This document shows positions 1-11,314 of a stretch of DNA of 64,000 nt, piece by piece. How positions within the stretch are numbered: the first letter of the stretch is position 1; every line of letters starts with the position of its first letter. The stretch is taken from positions 434,001 to 498,000 of the forward strand of contig JBDOQK010000016.1 of the NCBI GenBank assembly GCA_040437565.1. The letters run 5' to 3'. The position numbers were made by a program, and so were the translations under genes. The notes below the pieces were generated by a model. It worked only from the letters and a program-made list of their open reading frames with translations. It was not told the DNA's origin and made no database searches. The stretch is from Albugo candida. Its lineage: Eukaryota.

Positions 1-1790
1 ACTACGCTTAGTATGAGTTTCCTCAGTTTGATCGGCCTCTCTTCCCACCAGCACGGTACCAAATGTTCATCATGATGCAGCTTGTCGCATTACTGAGTCG
101 TGTTGGCATTATAAGATTTATCGGCGAGAATGCTGTCGATACTCTTTTTGAGGACATTTTGCAGCTGATTGCTCGTATCCTTGCAAAACTCCGCTTCAGG
201 CTTTTTATCCCATTGTGCTTTCTTTTCTACTCCGCGTAGCTCGTTGGATACTCACCTCTTCTATCAGATATCCATGATAATAATGCCGTGTAAGATCAGG
301 AAATCTTCCCGAACTAGTGGCAAACACTTTGCCATACATTGAATGTCATGAGGATTCTTGATTCATAGCGTTTCCTTTCTGCATGTTCATCGTGCACGAA
401 TCTAAACACTCACTTGGTTGCCCGCCGCCTTCGTGTCTTTTTTTTTCGTAGAATCACTAAGAGCGTTAAATTTTCCTTGGGATAGATTTGCCAGCCCGGG
501 AAGCATCGTAATTAATCGGTAAGCAAAATCGATTCAGTATCCATCTGTTCAACGCCATGTTCGTCTAATTGCATAATAAATGCTCATAAATATAATATCC
601 TGTTCATCAGTATGATGACATTAAACATCTTCCCCTCAATCAAACAATGTGAACATTAAAATTTTGTGGCTTTGGATGTGAGCTGAGCGAGTCAGCTTCA
701 CACCCATCGGATCCGTGTTGATACGATATACTTGACATCATGTCGTGATTAAAAACGTAAACAAAACACTCGCATTCCGTTGATGTTGGGTACACATTCA
801 AAAGGTCTGGCTTACAGCAAACGGTAAACATACGGCTTTACCGGTACTTTCCAAGCATAATAACAAATCATCCACNNNNNNNNNNNNNNNNNNNNNNNNN
901 NNNNNNNNNNNNNNNNNNNNNNNNNNNNNNNNNNNNNNNNNNNNNNNNNNNNNNNNNNNNNNNNNNNNNNNNNNNACCGGTACTTTCCAAGCATAATAAC
1001 AAATCATCCACTACACCTTAATGCTGCTCATTTTTGCTACCTGTAAATGTCCAAGCCATTTATGCCGTATACTTGCTTCCTCTTGTTTGTCGTGCACATG
1101 TCAGATTGACGGTTAGAACTTCATTGCATAAATGGATGAACACTTTGTCTACTCTTGAGTTGCCCGATCAAACTACTCTGTACGCTGTAAGTAAATTCCT
1201 CTAGTGAACTTGAGAGCACAGAGTACTGTGTAATTAATCCTGTCGTAGACACAAATTACGCTGCAAGTCGCATCAAATTCGAACTCGGAAGAAGTACTTG
1301 GGTATTTTCAAGATTTCACATCGAGATGATCCGATCGACTTCAAAAGTATGACCATTTGCTGGGTGAGACTAGTGAAAGATATTCTACCGCTAGCATAAT
1401 TTACCAAAGCCAGATAAAGGGAATTGCTATTTCCACCCACCACGTGACATTCTGAATAATCCGATTACGGCGTTATTTTCACTCACCTTTTTATGTAAGG
1501 GGCACTTCTNNNNNNNNNNNNNNNNNNNNNNNNNNNNNNNNNNNNNNNNNNNNNNNNNNNNNNNNNNNNNNNNNNNNNNNNNNNNNNNNNNNNNNNNNNN
1601 NNNNNNNNNTCCTGTCGTAGACACAAATTACGCTGCAAGTCGCATCAAATTCGAACTCGGAAGAAGTACTTGGGTATTTTCAAGATTTCACATCGAGATG
1701 ATCCGATCGACTTCAAAAGTATGACCATTTGCTGGGTGAGACTAGTGAAAGATATTCTACCGCTAGCATAATTTACCAAAGCCAGATAAA

Positions 1791-2757
1791 GGGAATTGCT
1801 ATTTCCACCCACCACGTGACATTCTGAATAATCCGATTACGGCGTTATTTTCACTCACCTTTTTATGTAAGGGGCACTTCTCTCAGAAGTATTGATTGGT
1901 AGACCCACCCTGGATGCATATAATCTGCCAGAACGGCCTGTCTCCAAGAGTATTGAAAATCGGCTATCCGTGTCGCATCGGTACGAGATAATATAGAGTA
2001 CCCTTTACAGTACAAACAATTCCGCTGGTAGAAAGCTTTCGCAAATGTGCACTCGATTGCACCACAGGGCACTTCGAAATCGGGCGATGCATACAAATGG
2101 TATAGCGGTATAAAGATGCCAACTCCACTGGAAACAGCTACGTGCAACATTTAGAAACGATAGCCAATCCCATAACACTACAACCGCAGGGCGTCTGTGC
2201 GCTTGAGAACCGGCTTAAACAAGTTACAAATGTATTTACAAGTTATTTTGATTTTTGCTCGTGTTAAAAGGTATACGGCAAAGATCGTTGTCCTTATCAG
2301 TCCATTTCTCAGACCAAACTGAACGTACTTTCAACTTCCAAAGACTTTCTCGCAAGATGTAGTTTTCAGACGACAGATGATGGCGATCCGTGAATGCGTA
2401 CTTGTACCGTGTCGTTCGCGAACATGCTTTTCATTGTACCGTGTTGTTCGCAAATAGGAAATGAAAAGCATGAGAAAGTTGGCTGATCTAGAATTGGGAT
2501 TATGGAAAGGTGTGCAACTATGAGTTCTGATGCCTTCAATCGACATGCAGGACTTTGAAACTGTAGCCGTATCTTGAAACAGCGGGTGGAAACATCGCAG
2601 TAGTCTGATTGGTCAGAAAGTCACGTGGTGGGTAAAGCCGCAATTTGATTGGTCAGAAAGTCACGTGGTGAGTGGAAATAGTAAAAAAAGTTGGGTGGAA
2701 ATAATGCCGTAATCTGGGGGTCAGAAAGCCACGTGGTGGGCGGAAATAGCAATTCTT
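1791..2757. mobile_element. Non-autonomous DNA transposon with ~65-bp imperfect TIRs and 8-bp TSD (CAGATAAA)
   Basis: Left end GGGAATTGCTATTTCCACCCACCACGTGACATTCTGA...GATTACGGCGTTATTT is the reverse complement of ...AAATAATGCCGTAATC...TCAGAAAGCCACGTGGTGGGCGGAAATAGCAATTCTT (~2692-2757). CAGATAAA occurs at both 1783-1790 and 2758-2765. No intact transposase inside. Confidence 0.8.
2606..2752 (+). repeat. Subterminal tandem repeats (TGATTG)GTCAGAAAG[T/C]CACGTGGTG, 3 copies
   Basis: Copies at ~2606, ~2647 and ~2720. All contain a CACGTG palindrome; the first two contain ATTGG (reverse CCAAT). Confidence 0.85.
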
Positions 2758-2906
2758 CAGATAAAACCCATGATTTCTCTCTGTCTGATTGGCGTTTAAT
2801 GTAGTGCTGCTTTGTCGCTTAACACGAGGACGTAGCTAGCTACAGTATAAGTTCGAAAATGTGTAAACACGGTTGGACAGGCCACATTTTCTCGAACTTC
2901 GGGTCA

Positions 2907-2922
2907 GATCATTTCTAATTTG
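2907..2922 (+). promoter_or_regulatory. Oomycete-type INR/FPR core promoter-like motif
   Basis: GATCATTTCTAATTTG resembles the oomycete consensus GCTCATTYYNCAWTTT and lies ~35 bp upstream of ATG 2957. A CTGATTGG (CCAAT-box) occurs near 2785. Confidence 0.4.
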
Positions 2923-2956
2923 TTACTGTAAATAGCTATTAGTTCACGCAGCAATT

Positions 2957-3205
2957 ATGACACAAGCTCGTGGAAGCCATTCGAACCACGCCCACATTCG
3001 CAGTCTGAATTTAGCGGCACAACAAAATGCAGTACCAGACGAATCGTGCTCTGTGATTCGTGAAGATATTGTTACAGTCGAAGAAATTGGAATAAAGCCA
3101 GCCGCAGCTACCACCGACCCTCCAGCCACCACCAAATCGAATCAGCAGTGTCCGGTCATTCCAAGCACGTCAAATGGCGACGAAGGATGTGCTGGCAAAC
3201 AGTGA
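2957..3205 (+). CDS. Small hypothetical protein or truncated paralog of the 7434 gene N-terminus
   Basis: 82-aa ORF. MTQARGSHSNHAHIRSLNLAAQQN aligns without gaps to MTGTKGSRTQHAKVRCVNTASQQN at 7434. INR-like motif upstream. Confidence 0.35.
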   Translation: MTQARGSHSNHAHIRSLNLAAQQNAVPDESCSVIREDIVTVEEIGIKPAAATTDPPATTKSNQQCPVIPSTSNGDEGCAGKQ

Positions 3206-4343
3206 ATCAAAAAAGTCTCGTTTAACGAGCAGTACAAGCAGAGAATGAGAAAGAAACTGCTCATCTTAAACATAAAACAATATAAGAGCTGCATTCGTAC
3301 ACATTCTTTCTTCTTTTTATTTGACTGTCTACTTTACAGCAGTTTGACCAATCCAATCCGCCGCAAAATGAAATTTTAATATCTCGCACTCGAAATACAC
3401 AATCATTCAAAAAAAGGGCTGATACTCTTTGTATATTCTATTTCTTTTTGAAATGCCATAATCGATGTGACATACCCGGCTTGTTACCAGTGCGTAAAGG
3501 CGAGGGTCTAATGGGCAAGTTCTTATAGAGCCTTCAGCAACTACGGTGGAAAAATAGAAAAAGCCGTTTATGGCTTGAAGAAACATTTGCAGTTACTTAA
3601 CAAACTCATGAAGCTCTTACGAGTACAGCTATAAGATGTAACATCGATACAAGAGATTGCGGGAACGCAATTTGTTTTCCAACAATCAGAATTTTCATTT
3701 CTACTTCCAGCCTTTTTCGCGCTAAGAAATCTTATGTTTGTACAGAAACGTGCTCGATCAACTTAAGATATTGATTTCAGCTTCGTGATGTTAAGTAGAC
3801 ATATTGTGCCCCATTCAGCGCGGGATTAGAGCATCTGCAAGCTTTTTCAGATAGAGCTTGAGCTACCTTTTCTAGTTTGTTATTACTTCAAACAATTCTG
3901 AACTTTTTGTCGCAAAGTGCGATTCAAGGATGGGAGAGAGAATACTTTCTAATCTCTCAGAATTGCACCTTTTTGAAAAGCATGACTCGATTTACGTTGC
4001 AGGATGTCAGGTAACTAAATTATGATGCCATTGAAATGGACAAAAACATACTCTCTTTCGTCATCCATTTGCACCATTGATACGTAATCCCCCACAAATA
4101 GTTTAAATGCGCAAACCGGTTTCTATGTGCGATGTTTGAAATAAAAGCTGTCCTTCGTTCGCAATCAGTGAAACAATGGAAGCCAGGCGAGCTTATATGC
4201 GATGCACACTACTTATGGTGACTACTACCGCAATAACCTTTCCTTGCAAAGCCTATAACAAAAACAAATACGACAAAATGACTTATATTAATTACATTCA
4301 ACTACTCACACTCGATGACGTGCTGTTGAAGAGCAAAATCTAT

Positions 4344-4480
4344 GATGACGTAATGAGGTCATCAATAACCTTCCAGCATTTGACTCCAATGACGTAATGA
4401 GGTCATCCATGACAGTGATCGGGTTCCAATTGCACGCGTTGTCTGCATCATCTACAATGGCGTAATGAGGCCATTAGATG
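4344..4480. repeat. Three hairpin repeats, stem-GTAATGAG-stem
   Basis: GATGAC-GTAATGAG-GTCATC (4344), ATGAC-GTAATGAG-GTCAT (4389) and AATGGC-GTAATGAG-GCCATT (4456). Confidence 0.8.
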
Positions 4481-4486
4481 AATATG

Positions 4487-5568
4487 CTAAGTGCGAACCA
4501 GCTGCCACTCTTGATTGCGCCAATCTCCTTCTCGATTCTGCGTTCTTCTCAAAACAATCGCGTAGCTTTCACCTAGTCTTATCCGAAAGGCTTTTCTGTA
4601 AGGGTTGTGCGAGTCTTCATCTTCCAATTTAGAACCGCCAAATTGATCTTGTGCCTCGTTCCGATGCTTCACTTTCCTTACCAACGCTTGCGATAGATCT
4701 TGGTTGACTTTTTCGACTTCATGCACTTCGATCTCGTCGGTCCCACAGTCGACAAATGCGCCGTGTTGCCATATCTGTCCGTTTCCGTTGTCGCCGGTGG
4801 ACACTCCGCCGTATCGTTGACGCGGCTGAGTCGGTTTTTTAAGCTTTCCACAGTACACTCGAGCTGAAGTATCGTTTTCTTGGCATCTTCTAACTGGAAT
4901 GCTTTTGTTTCCAGATTTACCAGCAATTTCAAACTGAGAATTTCGAGTTCGCGCGCTTCAGTGGCGCACTTTTCATACGCATGTTGCATTTCCGTTGCCT
5001 TTTCCACCGCGTTGTCACGATTGTTTCCAGCCAGGCTTCAAGATCCACGAATCATATGTTGAGTCCGCTGATTTTATCTTTGCGTCTTCCAGCTAAGCTG
5101 ATTTTCATTCAATGAGCGCGAAAGCTGCTCGATTTCTTCTTGAGATGGTCGAGTTCGCTGAGACGCGGTCGCGTTACTGCTTGTCTCCATACCATGACTT
5201 TCTATAAAAGTGTGAAAACTACAACGTTTTTCCTCTCACCTTTTGAGTCGTTTGAGTCAGCAGCGCATCATTCCAGCGATAACGAGAACAGCCCGACCGA
5301 ACGCGACACGGAATACGACGACAAGAAACGTGACTCACATCACGGGTCGCAACGCGGTCGGGCTGTTCTCGTTGTCGCTGGAATGACGCCTGCTGAATTG
5401 GAAAAGCGGTTGGGTCGAACACTGTCGTTGTGGTGGCGTTGACGCTTCGGTCGGTGCCCGTATCGCATACCCGCCGCCGACACGCTTCAGAGTCGACGTT
5501 CTTGCGTTTCCACTTGCTCCATTTCTACGGAGCACGTTGGCCGTCGTAGATATTCTTCGTCGCTGCAT
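4487..5568 (-). pseudogene. Disrupted coiled-coil protein gene
   Basis: Successive minus-strand frames (MQRRRIST..., EEIEQLSRSLNENQ, EKATEMQHAYEKCATEARELEILSLK...) have heptad character but are broken by stops, frameshifts and an internal inverted duplication. Confidence 0.4.
5257..5396. repeat. Inverted repeat, ~35-43-bp arms, ~55-bp spacer
   Basis: 5265-5299 GCATCATTCCAGCGATAACGAGAACAGCCCGACCG pairs with 5355-5389 with 2 mismatches. Both strands encode HSSDNENSPT. Confidence 0.9.
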
Positions 5569-7433
5569 TTTCGGAAAAATAATTAGTGCTTCGTTTGAGT
5601 CAAAGAAACGAAAGAATACCGACACATATCGACCTCACCTTGCAAGTCTCTTAGCATGATTCTCGATGCTAATTCGAGACATTGTCGGTACGAAAAAGGC
5701 GGCGCTTTCCAAGCGATTGGAAGCGGAATCGACAGATGAGTTCAAATCGATGAGTATATCTCATTTCGAGTGTCTTTTGCAGTGATAAATTGATGCAAAG
5801 GACGCGCAAAATGAGATGTACTCATTGATAAGTGCAACTCATAATGTGGAAGAGCTATTTTTAGATCTCACGGCAACGTGTACCGTGAGATGCAAAAGTA
5901 GCTGCAGCCTGAATATGCGGGTGATATGGAACTTATAGTAGAAGTCTATCATTAGTCAATAATACAGATTCATAGATGAATAGTATTTATATTATGAAAA
6001 GCAACTTGACAGTCAGCGTAACACAGTTTCTTTAAAAAAGATTCGGTCTCCTGTACACTGATGGAAGCAACAAAAAATACACCAAAAGATGCATAGTGTC
6101 AAAGCAATCTCTACTCAAATGTAAGTATGCCATGCAGCAACAACGGGGGCGTTCTAAACTCCGCTGATCCCGGTTATGATTACCAGTCGCAACTCGCCGG
6201 TATATGAGCAGAGAAGCGGACCAACTGTATACGTACAGACTATTATCCGGGCTGACNNNNNNNNNNNNNNNNNNNNNNNNNNNNNNNNNNNNNNNNNNNN
6301 NNNNNNNNNNNNNNNNNNNNNNNNNNNNNNNNNNNNNNNNNNNNNNNNNNNNNNNNAAGCGATTGGAAGCGGAATCGACAGATGAGTTCAAATCGATGAG
6401 TATATCTCATTTCGAGTGTCTTTTGCAGTGATAAATTGATGCAAAGGACGCGCAAAATGAGATGTACTCATTGATAAGTGCAACTCATAATGTGGAAGAG
6501 CTATTTTTAGATCTCACGGCAACGTGTACCGTGAGATGCAAAAGTAGCTGCAGCCTGAATATGCGGGTGATATGGAACTTATAGTAGAAGTCTATCATTA
6601 GTCAATAATACAGATTCATAGATGAATAGTATTTATATTATGAAAAGCAACTTGACAGTCAGCGTAACACAGTTTCTTTAAAAAAGATTCGGTCTCCTGT
6701 ACACTGATGGAAGCAACAAAAAATACACCAAAAGATGCATAGTGTCAAAGCAATCTCTACTCAAATGTAAGTATGCCATGCAGCAACAACGGGGGCGTTC
6801 TAAACTCCGCTGATCCCGGTTATGATTACCAGTCGCAACTCGCCGGTATATGAGCAGAGAAGCGGACCAACTGTATACGTACAGACTATTATCCGGGCTG
6901 ACAACGTCAATCACATGAAGAACCCTCACGGTATCGGTCACCACATCGATCACGGCGATCTCTGGTTACAAAGGTGTGCGCGATTGAACTCAGCATCTAC
7001 TATTAGACATGAGTGAAGGACGAGATAGCTTTTGGATCGGCAGTAGCAAGAAGGGAGCCACTCGCATTCGCGAATTCCGGAAATTTGATGCTCGCTTGTC
7101 TATCCTTTTCATCCAATTCACGAGAGAACAGGGCATGAGAACGATGCATGCTCTCATGTGCTGAGCACATCGGAGCTCCAAAAGCTGACATCACTGGACC
7201 GTTAGACAGGGATATGTATAAGCTAGTCGATGGCTACTGCCTAAATGTAAATGTGTGCTTCATGTCAGCGTGCCTCTATTGAAGGATCTGTGCAATAATG
7301 TGGAAAAAGCTGAGAAGGCAACTAGAGTCGACTTATTTATAAGAGGCTTGTAATCTGTGCGGCTTCGTTCATTCACACTGTAGAACCTGATTAACATCAC
7401 GGTAATTACAAATCTTGGCAGAACCCAGCAATA

Positions 7434-8754
7434 ATGACAGGGACAAAAGGAAGCCGAACGCAGCATGCCAAGGTTCGCTGTGTCAATACTGCGTCTCAAC
7501 AAAATGATGGTACGAGTATGTTTACTCGCAAACCTTCTGTGGAAAAAAAATCGATGCAGAAAATCAAAGGAGAATCAATAAATTCAACTGGCTCAATAGC
7601 AATCGACATACAACATCCATATCTCGCTTTCATTCAAAAGCGAAAGCGATCCTATAAGAAGAAACTGGATAAAATAATTACCTTAGAGGCTGCATGTGCC
7701 GATGGGAAGGTTTGATTTAGCGATATAGCTTATCATTCCATGGTAGCTCATCTCCATGTAGGTGCTCAATGAGCAGCAAAAAGAGCTGGTTTCGGGTAAG
7801 CCGATGCTAGAGCGGCTTCTGCTGGAACTCGACATGGTTCGGGATCAATTCATTGAGCTGGAAACAGACAAGGTATTGTGACATTTTAGTTCATGATCGA
7901 CTGTGACTAATTATGTAAATTCCGTATTCTAGCATCCGATATACGATCTCGAGTCGCCGAAAATTTTGGACAGAGACCCTATCGATCCACCTATACGAAC
8001 AGCTGATAGCACCGTAAGAGATGAGCATCATGCAATTGAAGATTTGCTCGAGGTTCTTCATATTGTGGACTCATATCGAGGTCTTCAGCAGAACATCCCA
8101 ACAGTGTTAGACTACTATTCCCAGGTGCTGCTGGGAAAAACACGTCCACCAGCAGAGCTCAGCTTCGAAGAGAATCTGGCGGAAAGTGTTGATGTTGCAT
8201 TGAGATATGCGCAAAAAAGCGATATGGTGTTTGCATGTGATACGACATACGCGCAATTGAATGGAATCGTTACGCAGCTTGCAAGTGCAAGGAAGCCACA
8301 AGACGAACGTTTGATGAAAAATAAACCGGGTGAAGTCAGTCCCTTGGTTTCAAAGCATGCAATTGTATCCAACTCAGGGTCAAATGAGCATCCGATATCG
8401 AATGGCTCACTCTGTTTGAACCGGAAAAGCCCTGCAAAGTCGACGATAGATGATAAAGTGGCATGCATCAATTTCTTCACTGACTCAACAATAAATGATG
8501 ATATTGTCGGAGAGGCAGCATTGAAGAAGGAGGAGCAAGAACCATCACCTATCATCGACATGGAAAATATTTCGGAGGCACCTTCGCTATCATTTGCCGA
8601 GGCTGCCGCTCGCAAACCTTCAGCAGGAAAATGGAATAGAATTGGTGCTGTTACGGAGGAGAAATCTAAAATGATATGCTCCAGAATTGTGGAGCAGAAT
8701 CGTCCGAACCACCGTCGGCGATATCAAGCTCGACCAAAACAAAACAGCCACTAA
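7434..8754 (+). CDS. Three-exon hypothetical protein with a Caprin-like N-terminal coiled coil
   Basis: Exons 7434-7709, 7762-7872 and 7933-8754 join in frame through GT-AG introns. IQKRKRSYKKKLDKIITLE...GKVLNEQQKELVSGK resembles the Caprin HR1 pattern (KKLRNLEKKKGKLD...LNQDQ). The C-terminus has a SFAEAA motif and an Arg-rich tail. Confidence 0.6.
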
Positions 8755-9535
8755 CATCTTTTCATATGGACGATGCTGGAAATCAAAAAGGTCGCCCTCA
8801 CGTGTCTCACTCAATCACAACCGCGAGTTGGAGTCCAAAAATTCTAGTACGATCCAGCGCGAGACAACACATTGACACTTGTCATTTTGTCTGTTAATAG
8901 AAAACATAATTTCGGGTTCTTCCTTTATTCAGTTGACTCATACGACAGAGCTCTCTTTGATGTTATTAAATTAGATGCTACCACACCAGTCCGTATCGCG
9001 AATTTATTGAAGGGAACTCAGCAGGCATGAATTTTATTGGCTCCACACGCCATACATTGGAGTAATATATCGATGTATACTCCATTTCAAGCGCTATTGT
9101 ACAGTACTAAAAATCTCAATTTTACTCGTAGCTGTTTCCGTTGTGAGAATTTCAGGATACTGCTAGAAAATATCACGTGTGTACAGAATGAGTAGGAAAT
9201 TCACTCACGTGTTCAGAGGGCGAATGTCCAACGTGTGAGGAGCCACGTAGAAATTTCTTTTTCGATTCGTGATACACTAAAGCCTGACTTATCCATGCGG
9301 TCAACACATGTTCGCAGCATTGGAATAATATACACCACATTAGTAGCCTGCAGTGTTGCCTCCATGCTCCACAGATTTTATCAAGACTCAGCGAGTCAGC
9401 AAGGTACTCGATCGATCAGCCAACGAGCTTTCAACNNNNNNNNNNNNNNNNNNNNNNNNNNNNNNNNNNNNNNNNNNNNNNNNNNNNNNNNNNNNNNNNN
9501 NNNNNNNNNNNNNNNNNNNNNNNNNNNNNNNNNNN

Positions 9536-10818
9536 CAGAGCTCAGCTTCGAAGAGAATCTGGCGGAAAGTGTTGATGTTGCATTGAGATATGCGCAAAAA
9601 AGCGATATGGTGTTTGCATGTGATACGACATACGCGCAATTGAATGGAATCGTTACGCAGCTTGCAAGTGCAAGGAAGCCACAAGACGAACGTTTGATGA
9701 AAAATAAACCGGGTGAAGTCAGTCCCTTGGTTTCAAAGCATGCAATTGTATCCAACTCAGGGTCAAATGAGCATCCGATATCGAATGGCTCACTCTGTTT
9801 GAACCGGAAAAGCCCTGCAAAGTCGACGATAGATGATAAAGTGGCATGCATCAATTTCTTCACTGACTCAACAATAAATGATGATATTGTCGGAGAGGCA
9901 GCATTGAAGAAGGAGGAGCAAGAACCATCACCTATCATCGACATGGAAAATATTTCGGAGGCACCTTCGCTATCATTTGCCGAGGCTGCCGCTCGCAAAC
10001 CTTCAGCAGGAAAATGGAATAGAATTGGTGCTGTTACGGAGGAGAAATCTAAAATGATATGCTCCAGAATTGTGGAGCAGAATCGTCCGAACCACCGTCG
10101 GCGATATCAAGCTCGACCAAAACAAAACAGCCACTAACATCTTTTCATATGGACGATGCTGGAAATCAAAAAGGTCGCCCTCACGTGTCTCACTCAATCA
10201 CAACCGCGAGTTGGAGTCCAAAAATTCTAGTACGATCCAGCGCGAGACAACACATTGACACTTGTCATTTTGTCTGTTAATAGAAAACATAATTTCGGGT
10301 TCTTCCTTTATTCAGTTGACTCATACGACAGAGCTCTCTTTGATGTTATTAAATTAGATGCTACCACACCAGTCCGTATCGCGAATTTATTGAAGGGAAC
10401 TCAGCAGGCATGAATTTTATTGGCTCCACACGCCATACATTGGAGTAATATATCGATGTATACTCCATTTCAAGCGCTATTGTACAGTACTAAAAATCTC
10501 AATTTTACTCGTAGCTGTTTCCGTTGTGAGAATTTCAGGATACTGCTAGAAAATATCACGTGTGTACAGAATGAGTAGGAAATTCACTCACGTGTTCAGA
10601 GGGCGAATGTCCAACGTGTGAGGAGCCACGTAGAAATTTCTTTTTCGATTCGTGATACACTAAAGCCTGACTTATCCATGCGGTCAACACATGTTCGCAG
10701 CATTGGAATAATATACACCACATTAGTAGCCTGCAGTGTTGCCTCCATGCTCCACAGATTTTATCAAGACTCAGCGAGTCAGCAAGGTACTCGATCGATC
10801 AGCCAACGAGCTTTCAAC
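9536..10818. repeat. Identical copy of 8153-9435 across a gap (probable assembly overlap)
   Basis: Offset 1383. The copy starts right after the 100-N gap and the source ends right before it. Confidence 0.9.
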
Positions 10819-11314
10819 AGGATTGTAATCAAGTGGTCTTATTGCACCAATTCGGCACTGTCAAATCATCAAACATACCTTGTGGTCGTGGTGGTATTCT
10901 GACAAACTTGACGTCTATGACTGCGATACACCTTATTACATATATAGCACCATGACAATGACGTTTGCTGCTTGCTACTCTGTATGCCTCTCCATATAGC
11001 AGTACGCCAAATTCGGACTGCTTTTCACAAAGAATTACCACCGGCAAGTAGCTTCATTGCATTCTCCGCTTTGCACATATTTGTTCTCGTATGCGCATAT
11101 GGTCAACGCATACAGATGAGTCTCATCTGATCGATACGACCGACATGCTGATCTAAATTCGATCCTATAAAGACATCAACAACCGAATAAGATCCATTGT
11201 GTGGGGCTAGTGACCGTCATGTCATGTGAGGTTTATTACTGAGAGCTTAATTTTGAGGTAATGCTGCATTATAAAGTTTCGAAGAACATGTACAAGCTCA
11301 TTTGACATGTGCTA

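Noticed and set aside
60-420. Minus-strand fragments resembling Tctex-1 (LQNVLKKSIDSILADKSYN) or a Cys-rich effector
   Set aside because: Interrupted by stops and truncated at the window edge; no consistent model.
2606-2752. CRISPR-like repeat-spacer array
   Set aside because: Eukaryotic context, only three degenerate copies, irregular spacers, no cas genes; explained as transposon subterminal repeats.
3470-3600. Copia RT remnant (KIEKAVYGLKK resembling LxKALYGLKQ)
   Set aside because: A single short motif with no supporting YVDD or LTR.
4344-4480. SECIS element interpretation of the ATGA-containing hairpins
   Set aside because: Stems are too short, there is no GA quartet plus apical AA geometry, and no upstream selenoprotein-like ORF.
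840-6902. Direct repeats 840-875/976-1011, 1238-1509/1610-1881 and 5711-6256/6357-6902 as LTRs or tandem duplications
   Set aside because: Each pair is identical and abuts a 100-N gap, typical of unmerged contig ends. The extra TIR copy at ~1420 is part of this artifact.
9235-10137. 300-aa ORF as a separate paralog
   Set aside because: Chimeric across Ns; the 3' part duplicates 8153-8754 exactly.
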